Origin: Prevotella phage Lak-A1
Length of the DNA: 32,000 bases
Sequence record: MK250016.1
Strand: one strand, 5' to 3'
Both the position numbers and the translations under genes were made by a program. Every line of letters begins with the position of its first letter. Positions within the stretch are counted from its first letter, which is position 1. The notes under the pieces were generated by a model that made no database searches, was not told where the DNA came from, and saw nothing but the letters and a program-made list of their open reading frames with translations. This document shows positions 31,720-32,000 of this stretch, in pieces.

Positions 31720-31747
31720 TTAATTTTTAATTAACTTTAATAATATA

Positions 31748-31786
31748 ATGGGATAACTGATAATAATTCAATTATCCCATTTTTTA
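31748..31786 (+). terminator. intrinsic terminator
   Basis: atgggataactgataataattcaattatcccatttttt. Confidence 0.8.
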
Positions 31787-31821
31787 GATAAATAAAATAA
31801 AATATAAACTTTATTAATAAT

Positions 31822-32000
31822 ATGGCTATTACTATTAAAAAGTCAATGATTAATGGTGCTCCAGTTATTTTTGGCACTCCTGCTGATGCAGATACTGCAA
31901 AAGGTGTAGAAGTAAAATTTGGTTATGGTACACTTGAGAATGTACTTGCAAAAGTTGGTACTGCAGATGACGGCGTAATCTATTTCGGTTATGATGATGC
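31822..32000 (+). CDS. structural protein, 5' end only (MAITIKKSMINGAPVIFGTPADADTAKGVEVKFGYGTLENVLAKVGTADDGVIYFGYDDA...)
   Basis: Open to window edge. Confidence 0.6.
   Translation, partial: MAITIKKSMINGAPVIFGTPADADTAKGVEVKFGYGTLENVLAKVGTADDGVIYFGYDD

Overview
The window looks like part of a large, AT-rich, Bacteroidales-type phage genome. It is densely packed with genes and has no rRNA and no tRNA that I can support. The most important point is that the supplied ORF track is fragmented because TAG is used as a sense codon. Reading through TAG and stopping only at TAA/TGA fuses track pieces in perfect frame: 477..3113 (-), 11 in-frame TAGs; 5132..6124 (+), 8; 14445..15635 (-), at least 10; 26833..29031 (+), 10; and 19661..20200, 25471..26736, 29135..30100 and 30145..31719 with 1-2 each. 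Nearly all genes end in TAA. At one position, in the GT92-like glycosyltransferase motif, TAG falls where Gln is expected (code-15-like). Recognisable genes are Dam-like adenine methylase, CCA-adding tRNA nucleotidyltransferase, dUTPase, Nudix hydrolase, metallophosphoesterase, Pol-beta-type nucleotidyltransferase, IMPDH/GMP reductase, a PD-(D/E)XK-like nuclease, and a tail/structural block at the right end. The most striking items are: (1) a C-type-lectin/DUF1566-like protein whose C-terminus carries a diversity-generating-retroelement (DGR) variable-region signature; (2) an orphan mini-intein ORF with almost no exteins; (3) a phage-encoded OmpA-like outer membrane protein; (4) a fused polysaccharide pyruvyl transferase + GT92-like glycosyltransferase next to structural genes; (5) a 735-nt non-coding divergent region with ~67-bp direct repeats; (6) repeated host-type TATCTTTG promoter elements next to terminators.
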